A stretch of 64,000 bases of DNA from Gnetum montanum (taxonomy: Eukaryota; Plantae; Gnetophyta). Below are positions 37,370 to 51,418 of the stretch, in pieces (position 1 is the stretch's first letter; each line of letters begins with the position of its first letter). Under the pieces are notes generated by a model. That model did no database searches. It was given only the letters and a program-made list of their open reading frames with translations, and was not told where the DNA came from. Location: positions 244,760 through 308,759 of the forward strand of contig MNCI01003377.1 in NCBI GenBank assembly GCA_015680685.1. Direction: 5' to 3'. The translations under genes and the position numbers were made by a program.

Positions 37370-40255
37370 TTCAAAAATTGGATAACACATTCCTTGATGG
37401 TGTGAAGCTTATTGGAGAAGATCAAATAGTCTTAGGTGCTAGTGGTTCTTCAGGCTTTGAGGGACCCTCACTAGCTTCACGCACTAACAATGGTTGAGGT
37501 AGCTATAGTTGTTCTACTATTATTACAACTTTAGGTGGGAGGTGAAAAGCATCCAATAATGCTTTCATTTTCTCCTCCTTACTCCTAGGATCATGCACCA
37601 TCCACATAGCTTCTCTAATGTGGATTGGAATGGGCACATCCCAAGCACCCAAGATCATTGGAAATAACTCCCTGACATTGATGAACTACGTAGCGAACTA
37701 TTTGCATTCAATGTTGAACACTATGTTCTTCAACTCCTAGTACTCATTCATCTATCTGGCTAGGTCCTCAATAATGGATCATTAATCTATGAATCACCCT
37801 TTTAGAACTTCGAGTTCAATGTTAGTAGTCTCAAGCTTCTACTTAGTGTCTTTGTGGTGTTTGAACTTGGCCTTGTATAGTAGATATGAGTTAGCCACTT
37901 GTTTCTCCAATTTCAACTATGGTCATCTAATTGTCAGCATTGCCAGGTTTGTGTAATGGAGATTGTCCAATTCCATATACTTTGTCATTTCTTTGATTTG
38001 CAATTCCTTCAAGCAGATCTCTGCTTTGTTGTAGGCATCGATCCCATCAAGGATGGGCTGACACACCTCTCTTCCTTGTTGGAGTTGTTAGAGGGCTCCA
38101 TTCACTTTTGTCTTTGCCATCTGGATTTTTTTTCGTTATTTTTTTTTTTTTGCAAACCAACCTGGTTCCTATAGTGATTTTTCACTCTCTAAAATTTGAG
38201 AGCTTCATTCTTCCAAGTGGCGATCTTGATGGTAGACTTTTGTAGCAAGGTACATACCTCCTTCATTGACAGATTTTAGTTCTCTATGGTTAATTTCCTT
38301 AGTTCAGTATTTACCTTAGCAAGATACTCCTACTTTTGATGAATGAATTCTTGCATTTGATCTCTTTGAGCATCAACATTTCATAGGTAATGATTTTACA
38401 TAGTCAATGATTCATTCTCTTGGTGCATCTGATTCAAGTCCTTTTTGATTGAGTGTGTTTTGGCTTCTACCATGAACTATTTGAAGATGGCCATTACTGA
38501 TTTTTCCTCAACCTTTTGAAATCATTCTTAAAGCTATTTGATAACTTCATCTCTTTTCATTGCTAGGCTAAGGATTACTTATTCTGCAAATCAGACATGA
38601 AGTTCAACAACCTCTATGGCCAAGCGTTGATTTTTCTCTTAAGTTTTTTCTAGTTACCCCTCCAAAATGATGCATCTACCCCTTGTATTCAGTGGCTCTA
38701 AATGGGTTGTAGTGATGTTCTCTGGGAGATCAAAGATGTCTAGAATTGCATACTCGATTCCTACCATTCATTCTAATAACTAGTGATGTTGGGATATGCT
38801 CAATTTTCTACTGATTGTGCCTATGAATGTCTATGTCTTGGAGTGCAAATACATCTGGTATAAATGCCATGGGTGCATTTAGTGCTTCATCTACACGGTT
38901 AGCTACCACTTCTACTGCTATCTCTTGTTCTTGGTACTACATCACCAAGATAGTTGCCTCTTCATTTGCCTCCAACCTCACGGAGAAAGTGGTGGCCTTC
39001 CCAAAGATTTCTGGGAATAGATGGTGTGTTGCTAGTGACACCATCACCTCTAACCTTAAAGGTAGCTATGTTCTTTAGGCAAAGAAAATGGGACCACCTC
39101 TCTCCATCTAGCTAACTTTTTGAGCCACCTCATTAAGGTGACTCATCATTGGCTAATACACAGATGTATACATCCCATTCATTCTTACTTATTTCTCTTT
39201 TTCTCAAAAGCTATTCTTGGATTTGACGTAGATGATCAAGGACTACATGTGCCTTTGGTGTTGTCTCCTAAGTGGATAGTGGTAGTAGTATCTCCCTTCT
39301 TGAGTGGTTGTTGACATCTTATCCTTCATGATTTCTTCCCATGAGGCCAAGGAAGTATGCCTAAGAGTATCATTAGAATAGCGAACAATGCCTACCCTTT
39401 TGCAGATTTTTCTAATAAGGCATAGAAATGGCAAGGTCTTCCTTCCATGTTCATTCTCCTTGAAGCACTTCTCAATCTCCAAATAAATTAGTTGTGGAAG
39501 GCTAATGGGAAATTTCCCACTTAGAGTGGTGCATGCTTAGGTGTATAAAGCAGTCATCTTACTTGTCCTCACTATTGGATTGAGGTGATAGGCCGAAATC
39601 TTAAAATAAATCCACTCTACTGGTGTAAGCGCACCATACTCCTTATGGTCCACCCTGTAACATTGCTAGGTCCATTCCCTTTTTACCTCAAGATTGCCTT
39701 TTATTGATATTTTTTCCAACTGTGTTCCACTATCTAGCAATCCTAGTGCCTATACAATAGCCTCCGCTGAGTAGGACACTTGAATGTCCTTGATTTTTTC
39801 AATGGACCCTAGCCTTCGGCTATTCGAAAAGAGATAGGTCTCTCCCATGTACCATTCCCCACTAGACATGATGACTAGCTACATGGGAGAGGTTTTCAAT
39901 TGTGTCTTGATGTCCTTTGAAGATTTTTCCAAAACTGGCCTGAAGTTTATCTCTTGAGGAATTGATCTTTGGATTTCTCGGGACTTGATGATGTCTAAGC
40001 AGGCTTGAGTCAAAGTGACCTCAAGCCTTGGCACAAGTCTAGTTGCTTCTCATTGTTGGGATTGTTTAGTAGGCACTTCTTCCTCTGGAATTTATTGAAC
40101 AGATTCCACTTTGGATTCCTCAGGAAGAGGTCTGGTTGCATGGATCACCTCTTGTTGTTCTTGGCCTTGTTCCTGCTGGCCCCTTCCAACTTTGGGTCAT
40201 TTCTCCCATGGTTGTGAGGGTTCTCCTTCCTACGAACACTTTGTTTAGGTGTCAT
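37370..40255 (-). pseudogene. A3 accessory (env-like) ORF: acidic/Pro N-terminus, Transposase_32-like domain, long coiled coil
   Basis: Starts TATAG|ATGACACCTAAA. Contains SYSAEAIV*ALGL and ISLPQLIYLEIEKC..LPFLCLIRKICKRVGI. E/K/Q-rich at 37700-38700. Confidence 0.75.
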
Positions 40256-41489
40256 CTATAATCACAATAAGACCACAAATTAGTAATCATTATGTAACCT
40301 TAAAAAAATTTGGATACCTTAACCCTTGAGGGTAGTTACACTTGGCTAAGTTGTGATTATGGCTAATTTAATTAACTCAATTATTAATTTTATTTATGCA
40401 TTACCATTGATAAATTATTCTGGAGGTTTTTGGAAGAATTAACTTTAAAAACGTTGATGTTTATATATGGTTAAGGTTATTAACCATTTGGGGAAGTTAG
40501 GAAAACCTTTCAAACATTTCATTAGAAACCTTAAGGTTTATGGCCCTCACAATAAATATCTTACCTCTTGTAAGTGTAGGATCAAAAAATGAAGTGATTT
40601 GGACAAATGGTTTGAAAGTTATGGGCTCTAAAAAATTGCAAAAATTCCATGTGTTATGAGAAAATTGCAAAATATTCAAAAGTGTCCAATGGTATATATA
40701 GTATTTTTACATTATGTCAATGAGGCCTTGTCGACAGGACCTTGTCGATGAGGCCTCATCGACGCAACTATTGATCACCATTGACTTTTGTTAACTTTGG
40801 TCAAACTTTCAAAATACAAGGAATTTTTCGATGAAATTGGGATCAAATGAAAGCTTAGAAGACCAAGAATAGTATGAAATCATGAGAAGAGAATGTTGAA
40901 GTTCATAAATTTGAAAAAATGGAAAAAATTAATTTAATGGATGAATGCAATGAAAGCTTAAGGAGTACTGAGTAGTTTACATAATGGAAAATATGAAATA
41001 TAGGATCGTAGCAATGTCAAAGGTAAGTAACCTTAACTAATCAAGCCAAAAGCTATGCAAGTGGGTCATTCCCATAGCAAGATCTTATCCTTTTGCCCTT
41101 GCATAACCTCAATTAAGGGGTGTGTGGGCCCCATAGTCAATTTAATGATCATGACAAGTTAAGGACCAACCTGAAAGAATCCACTCAAGAATCCCAACAC
41201 ATTGAACTAAGAAAAAGAGCATGACATAGAACCCAAAAGTGGGGTGAGTTATGGTAGCATGGATGGATGATAAAGAAGGTGGAATAGAGTTCCAAATTGA
41301 GGTCATAATAAGTCCCTTGTGAAATTTGTGGTTAAAATGATCCAAGAAGTTCCATCCTTAGTCCAAATCAAAACCATCCACCTTTATTGGGCTTGCATCA
41401 CCACTCTAAGACTAATCCACCCACTCGAGACACAAGAGTTCTTCCACAAAACAACCACTATTCCATAAAGAGGAGAGAGAGGAGTAGGA

Positions 41490-41492
<3 letters not shown>

Positions 41493-41532
<40 letters not shown>
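41493..41532. repeat. (GA)20 microsatellite
   Basis: Directly visible. Confidence 0.95.
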
Positions 41533-41536
<4 letters not shown>

Positions 41537-42439
41537 CTTAGTTAGAGGGAACCTTTAGGCATAGGTGCATGTCGTTCAAGTTCCATAACTAATGCTTGTG
41601 GCCCTTTTATTTGTCCAAGGGGTGTGCTCTAAATTTCCATAGTTTTTTTTTTTTTGAAATGGGAACAACATCATGCAAGGACTTATTCATGTCAAATGGG
41701 TGTGCTTTGAATTCCCATCATTTTTTCTAATGATGGGAATCACACCATGTAACGATGTTATTTGTCTCGCTATCATTGGGTGGTATGGAACTGTACGAAG
41801 TCTGTGAAAAACACTCAAGCACTCAAGCAAGAAGAAAAGTACAAAGAGTATTGAGTTCCATTGAAGTCACACCCTTTAAAAACCTTTGGATCCTTCCTAA
41901 TTTTGAAACTTCCTAGGTCACTGATTAATTAAAATTTTCTTTTAATGGAAAAGATTTCAAATTCCCAGAATAAGGAAAACCATAGAGTTTGTTGGATGGG
42001 CAAATTATGTGTACTCACTACTTGTTCCATGAAAAATAAACTATGTCAAAGTCATTAGACATCAAAATTCAAAAATAGAAATTAGACATCAACAATCACA
42101 CATTAAGTACAAACCATCATTAGTAAATAGCAATAGCAACATTACGTCCTATGATAATAAAGCATATTTATTTGCAAAATGATAAAATACCACACTTAAA
42201 CAAAAGGAAATAGAATAAAGTAAAATATATAAGAGAGTGTAAAATAATCAAGATAGTTAAAAGGTGCTAAAAATGGTATAAAATTAGAAAAATTAGAAAA
42301 TAAAAAATTTGTTAAATTAAAAATATAAAAAATAAAAAGTTGGAAAAACTAAGAGGCCATGATTGTCCATCTCCCCCATGACTAAGCTGGAGGAAGGAGA
42401 TCCGAAAAATAGAACATGGTTGTCCATTTGTTGAGGTAG

Positions 42440-45400
42440 TAGTTACACTAGCCAGTCTTGGTTCTAGGAAAGATTTGACTTGTTGGATATTGACCAACTA
42501 CTTTTTATTTGGGCTGTCAAGTTTGTAAATTATCATGGGCCTAGAGGGAAAGGTTGATCAATTATATAAGGTCCCTCCCAAAATGTTTGGAATTTTGTCT
42601 TTTGGGGTACATGTGTAGGGTTCCAGTAAAGAACCTTATCTTTGGGTTGAAGTTTTACTTTCCTAATTCTAAGGTCATGATGCTGCTTGCTAAATTCCTT
42701 GTTCACCTCTTTCAAGGATCAAACCACTAAGTAATTTTTTTCTAGCACGTTCATATTGATCAATCTTTCCTTCTGTGCTAAACTTAGGTCAAGGTTTAGA
42801 TCACAGGCCATTGAAAGTGTACGAAGTTGGGATTGAATTGGAAGCATTGGAAGTTTTTCATACACTAACTCATAGGGAGAATATCCAGTAGGAAGTTTCC
42901 AAGTCAAATGATAAGCTTAGAGAGCATCATTAAGTTTTGTACTCCATTCCTTCCTATATTTGCTAATGGTTCATGTTAGTATTTTTGTAATCTCTTGGTT
43001 GGTTACCTTTGCTTGATCATTGGCATGGGGGTGGTAAGGTGTCATTAATTTATGTTCTACCCCCAAGTGTTGTATTAATTTTCTAAATGTGGCACCTATG
43101 AAATGAGTTCCATTATCAAAAATTAGTGAACGTAGCACCCCAAACCTATTCATGATATTTTGTTGTATAAATTTGGTAGCAGTGGATGATGTATAATCAA
43201 TAATGGCTACTACTTCTACCCATTTTATGTAGTAGTCAACTACTACTATAATATGTGCTTTCCCGTTAGACATGGACGTGATGGGATCCATGAAGTGAAC
43301 GCCCCATATTTCAAAAGGTTCCAGTGGTTGAATCCACTATTGAGGACCTTCCATGTGAGCAGTCATTCCCCTATCATGTTGAAAACATTCACAAGACTTG
43401 ACGAACTAGTGGGCATCCCTCAAGATTGTGGTCCAATAGTATTCTTCCATCAAGATTTCTATGGCCATGCATCTTTCTACATAATGGCCTCCGTAAGGTC
43501 CTTCATGAGCATCTTGGAGAATGTGTAGTTGATTTTCGTGGGACATACCAATGGATTAAGCCATCAACACACACCTTGTAAAGGTGTCTATTGATTTCCA
43601 TGAAGTCTTTGGCTCAATGAAGAAATTATTGCTTTTTTCCTAAAATCCAAGTCTTGTGGCATCTCTTGAATGAGAAGATATGTGAGGATGCCATTATACC
43701 ATGTTTCTTTTTTAGGCATTTGTTCACTTATTACTCCAATAAAGAGGAGTTTTTGTGGAAACTGATCAGAGAGTAGGCTCTCCTCCTCTTTGTTATCCCA
43801 TTTTAAGTAAGAGAGGTGGTCAACAACCACATTCTTGGTCCCTTTTCAATCTACCATAGTAAGATCAAATTCCTACAAGATCATAAGCCATTATATAACA
43901 CGAAGGCTCACCATTGGCTTATTCATAAGGAAGTGAATTGCACTATGATCCATATGTACAAATACCTTATAACCTAGCATGTAATGCCTAAACTTTTCTA
44001 GCATGTACACTAACATCATTAATTCTTTCTCCATGGCGGTGTAATTCACTTGTGCCCCCATAATGCTTCTACTCACGTAGTGGATATAATATGGACATTT
44101 CTTATCATCCAACTACGTGAGAACTACTTTCAAAACATAGGTAGATGATTTTGTCATGATATGAAATGGTTTGGACCAATCTGGTGCCTGTAGGATTGGT
44201 GTTTCTATGAGTTTCTCCTTTAATTGTTGGAATGTGTGTTCACATTCCTTGGTCCAAATGAAAGGAGCATCCTTTTTTGTAAGTTCTACCAAAGACTTTG
44301 CAATCTTAGAGAAATTCTTAATAAATCACTGGTAGTAACCAGGGTATCTAAGGAATGATTGAACATCTTTAATGGTCTCTAGTTGGTGTGTTATTCCTTG
44401 GATGACCCTTATCTTTTTCGGGTCTACCTCAATCCCTTTCTACAAAATTCGGTGCCCTAGCACTATGCCATCTTAGACCATGAGATGGCTCTTTTTCTAG
44501 TTGAGTTGTAGGTTTTTCTCTACACATTCTTTCAGTACTTGCTCATGTTGGTCTAAGGCATGCTTGAATGTAGCTTCATAGTTGGAGAAGTCATCCATGA
44601 AAACTTCAACGCCACTACTAATTTATTATTGAAAGATACTTAGGACCAAGCATTGAAATGTTGTAGGGGCATTGCATAGGTCAAATGGCATCTTACAATA
44701 TGCAAAAGCCCCCCAAGGACTTGTGAATGTTGTTTTGGCCTAGTCTTCTGGCACAATTTGGATTTGGTTATAGCCACTATAACCATCCAAGAAACCATAA
44801 TAACAATGCTTAGATATGGTATCTAACACTTTATCTACAAACAACAAAGGAAAATGATCCTTAAATGTTACCATATTTAATAGCCTAACGTTGATGCAAA
44901 CCAGCCATTTGTCACCCTTCTTCAGTACTATGACAAGTGGGCTAACCCACTCACTATCCGTGATTGGATAGATGAACCCCACCTTGAGGATCTATTCTAT
45001 CTCCTCTTTGATGACATGTTCTAATTTGGGGTTCAACTACCTCTGTGGCTACCTTCTAGGCTTCATGGCTAGGTCAATGTAGATGTGATGCTAGCATATC
45101 CTTGAATCAATTCCTATTAGCTCTAGATATGACCAAGCAAAGGCTATTCATCATTTATTCACCACTTTCAATAACTTTTCTTTTTTTTTCATGAGCAAGT
45201 TTGGCATTAATGATGACTGGTTTACCATTCTTCAAAAATGCATACTCCATACCAGCCGGTAAAGTTTTTAGTTCTAAAGGCTCTTGCTTGAAGTGATCGT
45301 AGATCTTCAACTCTCCCCAACAGGTACCATCATCTTCATTAGAGAGTTGGGAATGAGATTATTTAATTTTTTCATGCCTTTAAGATATGCACATGTTAGA

Positions 45401-48400
45401 ATCTTAGTTGGCTCCATGCATATTGTGCTGCTATCTAAATCAATTATCAGCCATTGGGTGCCCTCTTGTTTTGTGGATGCTATGTATAGACACCATTGAA
45501 TATTAATTTCTTGTGCACACTAATTGCATATCTTAATATATGTGCTCTTGATGGACCAAATATTTTGGACACAATTGCACCTGATATCGTTGTAAGCGAT
45601 GCATGGAATTCTTCTCAATTTTTCCTAGCTCCTTTTTCTTGGATATTTCTAAGGATAGGTTCCTTATTCCCATTTTTATATTGACTGTGCCTAAGAAAGC
45701 CCTCCCCATAATGATGGGGAAGTCATTTTTCAATTGTCCACCTTGATTAGTAGAAAATTAGCAAGATAGGACCACCCATAGACTATGGTCATAATGTGCT
45801 CTACTAATCCCAAAGGGATAGTAATCTAGTGATCTGCTAATTCTAAATGGATGTTGCTCTTCTTAAGAGGTGGTAGGTTCCAGGCCTTGTACATATCATG
45901 GGAGATGAGGTTAACTCTAAAACTAGAGTCAAGAAGAGCTTTGCATGGCTCTTGTTTAGCAATTTGTAGATAGATTAGTGAACTTCCTGGAATAGATCTT
46001 TTTGTAGGAATATTTCCAGCCTTAATCCAATCATAAACAGCATAAGTTAGCATTACAATGTGGATCCTAGGTAGCACTAGGTTTGAAGGGCGCTCAAAGG
46101 TATTTGATGCAAAGGATGAGGGTGTTGGAGATGTAGGGTGACCTACTAGAGTAGGTTGTGAGGGCTAGAGAGGACTACTAGGTAGGAAGAATGGTCATTT
46201 CCTTGATCAATTATCTAGACCACTTGGTTGAAAAATTGGTTGTGAGTGTACAACCCTTGTAGCATTTCATTGTTATGGCTATGAAGGAATTTCACCCTAC
46301 ATGGATGGCGCAAGAGGTAATTGAGTTGAAGGTGGAGGTGTAGGTGCAGAGGGATGTGGAGGATGATAAGGATACGAATATGGGTTTTCCCCTCAAGTAG
46401 ATGGTGAATGTGTTTGGTGGTACTCTAAAGGGTAATAGTGAAGCTAGAATGATGTATGGCTCATAGAACTTCTAGGGGAGATGGGCTATTAAACATAGTA
46501 TCGGTATGGATATAAATACCTATAAGGTTACTGTTACCTTGGTAGTGGAATTTCCCATGATTGTGGTTGATACCACTATTGGTATTATTCATATGGTTTT
46601 GGAGGAGCTCCACTTGGGTAGTAAGTTTGTTGTTGCTAGTGAAACTATCTCGAATTGCCTTGAGGATAAGGTAATCATCTTAGAGCTTGCTTACATGCTA
46701 GGGAAGGATTCAATGTGTACACTCTAGACTCTTTTAAGTGTGACATCATAGGAAACATCCATTTGGATGTTCATATTAATAGATGTCACATTTATTTTCA
46801 TCATCAAAGTTAGACTCCACAACTTCCTCTAATATAGTAGCTTTTCCCTTATCTTTTTGGTAGGCACATTCAATGTCTTTTCACCTCCTATGATTATGAT
46901 TACTATTTTTCTCTTTGGATTTTTTGGAAATCTTTTAAGTGGTCTGAAACGTTTCATCCAAAGAATCCCATAACTTGTTAAACTTGGCTAAAATATTAGA
47001 AATAGATTTTTGGATGGGCAAGGTCTTTTTGTTCACCGCTTCATCAAGTGGTGACTCCTACTCATCACAAAATCAAACCTCTCATTTTCTAATGGAAGGA
47101 TCCCTGTTATATTCTTCAACACTTTTCCTCTTTCATAGCTCACCTTCTTCTTTGGCTACCTTCTCAATTAACCTTTGGAATTGATGAGCTCTCATTTCAA
47201 ACAATCTTCCTGGGCATACACCCTAAGGGTTCTTCTTGTTTCTGCTCTGAGCCCATCTATGATGTGGTGAAGTTATTCCCTCTGAGAGTAACCATGGCTA
47301 GGGCATTAATGTAGAAGTGAATAGCATCAGCCCATGGTAGCATCCAAGGGTTCATGTGCTCCTTGTTTCCAGCCTTGGATTTGCCTTCTTAGGTTAGACA
47401 CTCTAGAGTACATCTAGTATTTGTCATTGAAGAGTTCTAACATGGTACTCCATCTTTAGATAGATTTTGACTCTAAGGACTAGTACTAACTTTTAGCTTC
47501 CTTAGTGAGTGTCTTTGGGAAAAGCTTGAGTTTTTGCCACTTGTTCTCTATGTTTTGTAAAGCACAAGCATCTTGAAAAGCTTGTAGATGTGTGTATAGT
47601 TCAAAATTGTATCCCCCCTCAGATGTTGGGATATTATTCATATCTAGGTGCTTGATTTGACTATCCTTCATATTCCTAGTTAGGATTTTCACTACCTCCG
47701 CAATGTTAAGCATACTACGAGTCACTAATATAGGTTCATCATCATCGCTACATTCATGACATCGATGATGGTTTCGACCACCTCTTTAATTTTGATGGCC
47801 TTCATGATCATTGTTATTTCATTGATCACCTTAATCATGGTTTTTTTGACAATTGGTTCCGTGAGAATTGTTAGATGAAGAGGAATGTTTGGAATCAGAT
47901 CAAGAGGAAGGTGGACCACCACCACCACTCTTACACTTATTATGATCACCATCCTTAGATCCCTTGTTGCTATGATGTTTACCTAAGTTCCTACCTTGGC
48001 TATCACTCTTTCTTGATCCTAGTTTATGAATAGTCAATCATAGGGTAAGGCTCACACCCTTACCATTAGTAGTAGGGGGTGGAGAATCTTCATGTTAATA
48101 ACCTTCTGAGGGAGGATCCTCATTGTTCTCTTGATCTAGTAGGAATAAGGGGTTAGTGTAATGTTTCCCCTTTGTAGCTCCATGGAGTCTCTCCTGACAT
48201 TTATCTCACTTACATTGTGTTTCAGTGGGATAGTAGTTCTGAGTGTCATATCCATCCACAACAAATTCTTCATGAAGATCTACTATGCCCAACTTCTTAA
48301 GGATTTTGAATATCATCCTAGGCACAAATCTATTAGAGTGAAAGATGACATTGCCCTCCATATCATGCCATCGCATTTATTCATCCTCATGTAGGATGAA

Positions 48401-48502
48401 GATGAAATTTAGTACAAACTCATCTAGATAAGTGTATACCACCTTGCATTCTTGTGGGATCAGTTGTTTAGTATCATCAAGCTTATGAGAAGAAGAAGAC
48501 AT
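42440..48502 (-). pseudogene. A3 gag-pol (gag, PR, RT, RH, INT) with many stops and frameshifts
   Basis: Start MSSSSHK at 48502. PR at 45826-46077. RT: SEWVSPLVIV, FLDGYSGYNQI and FMDD (44590-44601). RH: NYTAMEKEL..VHMDHSAI. INT: VDYYIKWVE, DNGTHF, TPYHPHANDQ, WEGPY. Confidence 0.95.
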
Positions 48503-48645
48503 TTTGCAAAAAAAAAAAAATGAAATTGTTAATGTCCTTTTTATAGTCTTTTATGTATAGTGGAAATGATATGGACCTTTAGGTTCATACAACGATATTA
48601 GTGATATTCACTTAAACCTAAATAGCACATGTTCCACAAACAAAA

Positions 48646-48665
48646 GTCCCTAGAAATGGTGCTAA
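48646..48665 (-). promoter_or_regulatory. PBS of A3 (tRNA-Asp type, decayed)
   Basis: TTAGCACCATTTCTAGGGAC on (-) vs TTGGCGCCGTTGCCGAGGAC in A4. Confidence 0.8.
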
Positions 48666-49594
48666 TGATGAGTGATGAGGTACCCCTATGCTTAAACATA
48701 TGAATCACAAAGTGTTCATGTGCAATCTCGTCAAATTTTTTAGACTTCATCGTTTCCAGTGCACTAGCCCTTTAGGAAGTGAATCTAGACTTAAGGTCAA
48801 TCGTTGTCTTTCCAATTACACTTGTGACATTCGTTGGTATGGTTAAGTGTAATTGAGGCATTTTATTTTTATCATTTTTTATGTTTTATAGATCGGTGCT
48901 CAAATATGGATAAAAGTAATTTGTTTAACTAATCTAAATTAACTAATTTACTAGCATTTAACTAATCTTAACATAAGTATCTATTCCGACTTTCCATACA
49001 CATCCTAAACCCATGTATCCGCTACTGGGTAACTAAGCACTACGCTATTGGGTATACCAAGTAATAACGCTGTTGGGATTACCAAGAGAATACATGTTAC
49101 ACTCAAAGCAGTCGTACTTATGTATTTAATTTATCTAGATTAATAACCTCATTAACTCAATTGCTAGAAAATATTTGCAAAATAATTAAGAACAATTAAC
49201 AAATAATTGAAAACATTGAATGCATAAATAAAATAGCTAATCTATCCAAAGTGCTACAATGTTTATCAAAAAGCTCATCTTTATTACTACACACACTATC
49301 ATGCTTAGGCACAACAATACTTGAATAAAGATCCATACACTCAATGACTCTTGCTGCGGGCACTCAGGAAAAAAATTCTAACTTTTGAATAGAAAAAATG
49401 TGAGAGCTTTGCTGCTACTAAAATCTAGATTACCATAAATGCAGCTGGTAGGCACATATTTATAGGTGATAGACAGACACTACATCAATAGGGCCTCATC
49501 AACGTAGGGAAAGATGCATTGATGAGGCCTCCTTGACGTAGTTGACTACATTGACGAGGCCTTGTCAATGCATTCAACCAACAATGACTCATCA
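48666..49594 (-). repeat. 5' LTR of A3
   Basis: Highly similar to 36438-37298. CATCGACGAGG-type motif cluster at 49480-49570 and TATA at 49457-49465 (-). Confidence 0.93.
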
Positions 49595-49599
49595 ATGAT

Positions 49600-50290
49600 C
49601 ATATGGTTTCTTCTCCTTTGATGATCTTTTAAGAGCAATGGGTTTTTCTTTAATTGCACCTTCACTTATGAGTATCATCTTGTAAACTATAAGTCCACTT
49701 TGGAGCTCTTCAAACTTCAAGAGTGAGAAATCCTTGATCTATTCCATAGTTATTACTTTAGATCTGAATTTAGGCCACAAGGTTCTTATCATTTTGATAA
49801 CAACATTACTTTTAGGTAGAAACTTCCCCATCCATCTGATAGCTACAACTAACTCATTTGCTGTATAAAAATAATCTTTGAACTTCTCTCCTTATTTTAT
49901 TTTAAATTTTTTATATTCACTCTGTAAAACTAAAAACTTAAATTATTTAATAATAGACGCACCTTCATAAGTAGATTCTAGAACCTCCCAAATCTCTTTT
50001 GATGTTTTTCACCTAGCGACTCTATTAAACTCAAATTTACTTATAACGTAATAAAGACAATTTTTTTCTTTAGAATCATACATAAACTTATCTTTCTCAT
50101 CTTGAGTTCACTTACTTATTAGTTTTGTAATGCTTGTAGTGGTGTTGATGGGTGGAGTGTATCCCTCTAGGATGCATTCCCAAACTTTGAACTCCATGCA
50201 TTCAAAGAATTCTTGCATTCAAGCCTTCCAATACATGAAGTTGATCCCACCAAATATTAGTGGCTTGGTGTGATATTCCTTTCATCATTT
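49600..50290 (-). pseudogene. C2 gag N-terminal half
   Basis: FGGINFMYWKA*MQEFFECMEFKVWECILEGYTPP and KEIWEVLE-like UBN2 segment. Continues at 36432 across the A3 insertion. Confidence 0.85.
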
Positions 50291-50341
50291 ACTTCTAAGT
50301 TGTTACACTCAAAATCAAGAGTACTAGACTCTAATACTACT

Positions 50342-51418
50342 TGAAGATGAAGAACTTATAAGGAGGGTTAAATAAGTTTCACCAATCAAGATCAAAACTA
50401 CACATAAATGTATGTGGCTCCCCAACTTGGATACATTCACACTAGAATCCTTGCACATCTTCAAACTTTGTTTCTTCAAAAATGTGATTTCAAGAGTATG
50501 AAAACCTTTACAAAGTTTGAGCTTCCCAAAGAGGTGTTTTCACAAAGAAACACATCTAATCCTACAAGGTCCCAATAAGCTTAAGTGTGATTTCAAGGAT
50601 TCTGCAACCTATACAATAACTTGAGGTTTGCACAGGGTGTTTTCTCTTAAGAAACAAAGTTAACTTCACAAGGTCCCTACAAGCTTAAGAGATTTCTTCC
50701 CTCAAGGAGTACATCAAGCCCATGGGACTTACAAAGGAAGAAAAGAAACATCAAGGAGAGAATGTAATCAAATTATAGATTCCTTGACTTGAGAATCTCA
50801 ACTAATATAATACATCTCCTAAAGATAGAGAAATGTAGTACAAAAAATTTCATTTGATGTAAATAATAATGGGAATATTTCTGTAAATAGTGTTTTCCCT
50901 TTCATAAAGATATCATTTGTTTGATAACCTTTGTCATTGCCAAATAGCCATTGGAGTTCATCCAAACATTAGAAATTACCTAGTTGGGATGTCTCATTTG
51001 AGTTTGAGACATCTTACTAACTTTATGATGCTTATAGGTGGGACAACTCACTATAATTAGGACATCTCACATGAAGCATCCTAGCTGGAACATCTCAACT
51101 ACACTTGAGATGTTTGTTGTTTTTTTGGAATGTCTCTCTTGAGATCTGGGCTTTTAATAGGGATATTTGATGTTTCTCTGGGACATCTTGGTAACTGCTA
51201 GAACATCTTCTTTTGACTTCTAGATTTCATGCATCCTTTTTAATTTTCCAAAACTCTTGCAATCATGGTTGAGACTTTGTCACTTCAAATTGACAACCCA
51301 ACTCTCATCTTGATCTTAACATGCTCTTGTCTTGATCTCATCATGCTCCTACAAGAACATAGATGCACACTTTTCAAATCTCAAGTTTCCAAGGTTTTGA
51401 TATACCAAAATATCAGCA
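50342..51418 (-). repeat. 5' LTR of C2
   Basis: Collinear with 31668-32732. Adjacent PBS TAGTATTAGAGT (-) at 50328-50339. Confidence 0.92.

Larger units (their letters stand above)
36438..49594 (-). mobile_element. A3: full-length Athila-clade Ty3/Gypsy retrotransposon, ~13.2 kb, nested in C2 gag
   Basis: TSD ATGAT (36433-36437, 49595-49599), TGATGAG..CTCATCA ends, tRNA-Asp PBS, gag-PR-RT-RH-INT plus 3' accessory ORF. Confidence 0.95.
31668..51418 (-). mobile_element. C2: Sirevirus-like Ty1/Copia element with gag and env-like ORF but no pol (~6.6 kb without the nested A3)
   Basis: Paired LTRs and TSD CTTAT (31663-31667, 51419-51423). tRNA-iMet PBS at 50328-50339. AAAAGGGG(G)AGA PPTs at 32733-32746 and ~33190-33203. 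Two CCHC knuckles. Confidence 0.88.

Noticed and set aside
37370-40255. True viral envelope glycoprotein or captured host SMC/myosin gene
   Set aside because: No signal peptide or clear transmembrane anchor is visible, and a coiled coil alone is not diagnostic. The position is that of the usual Athila accessory ORF.
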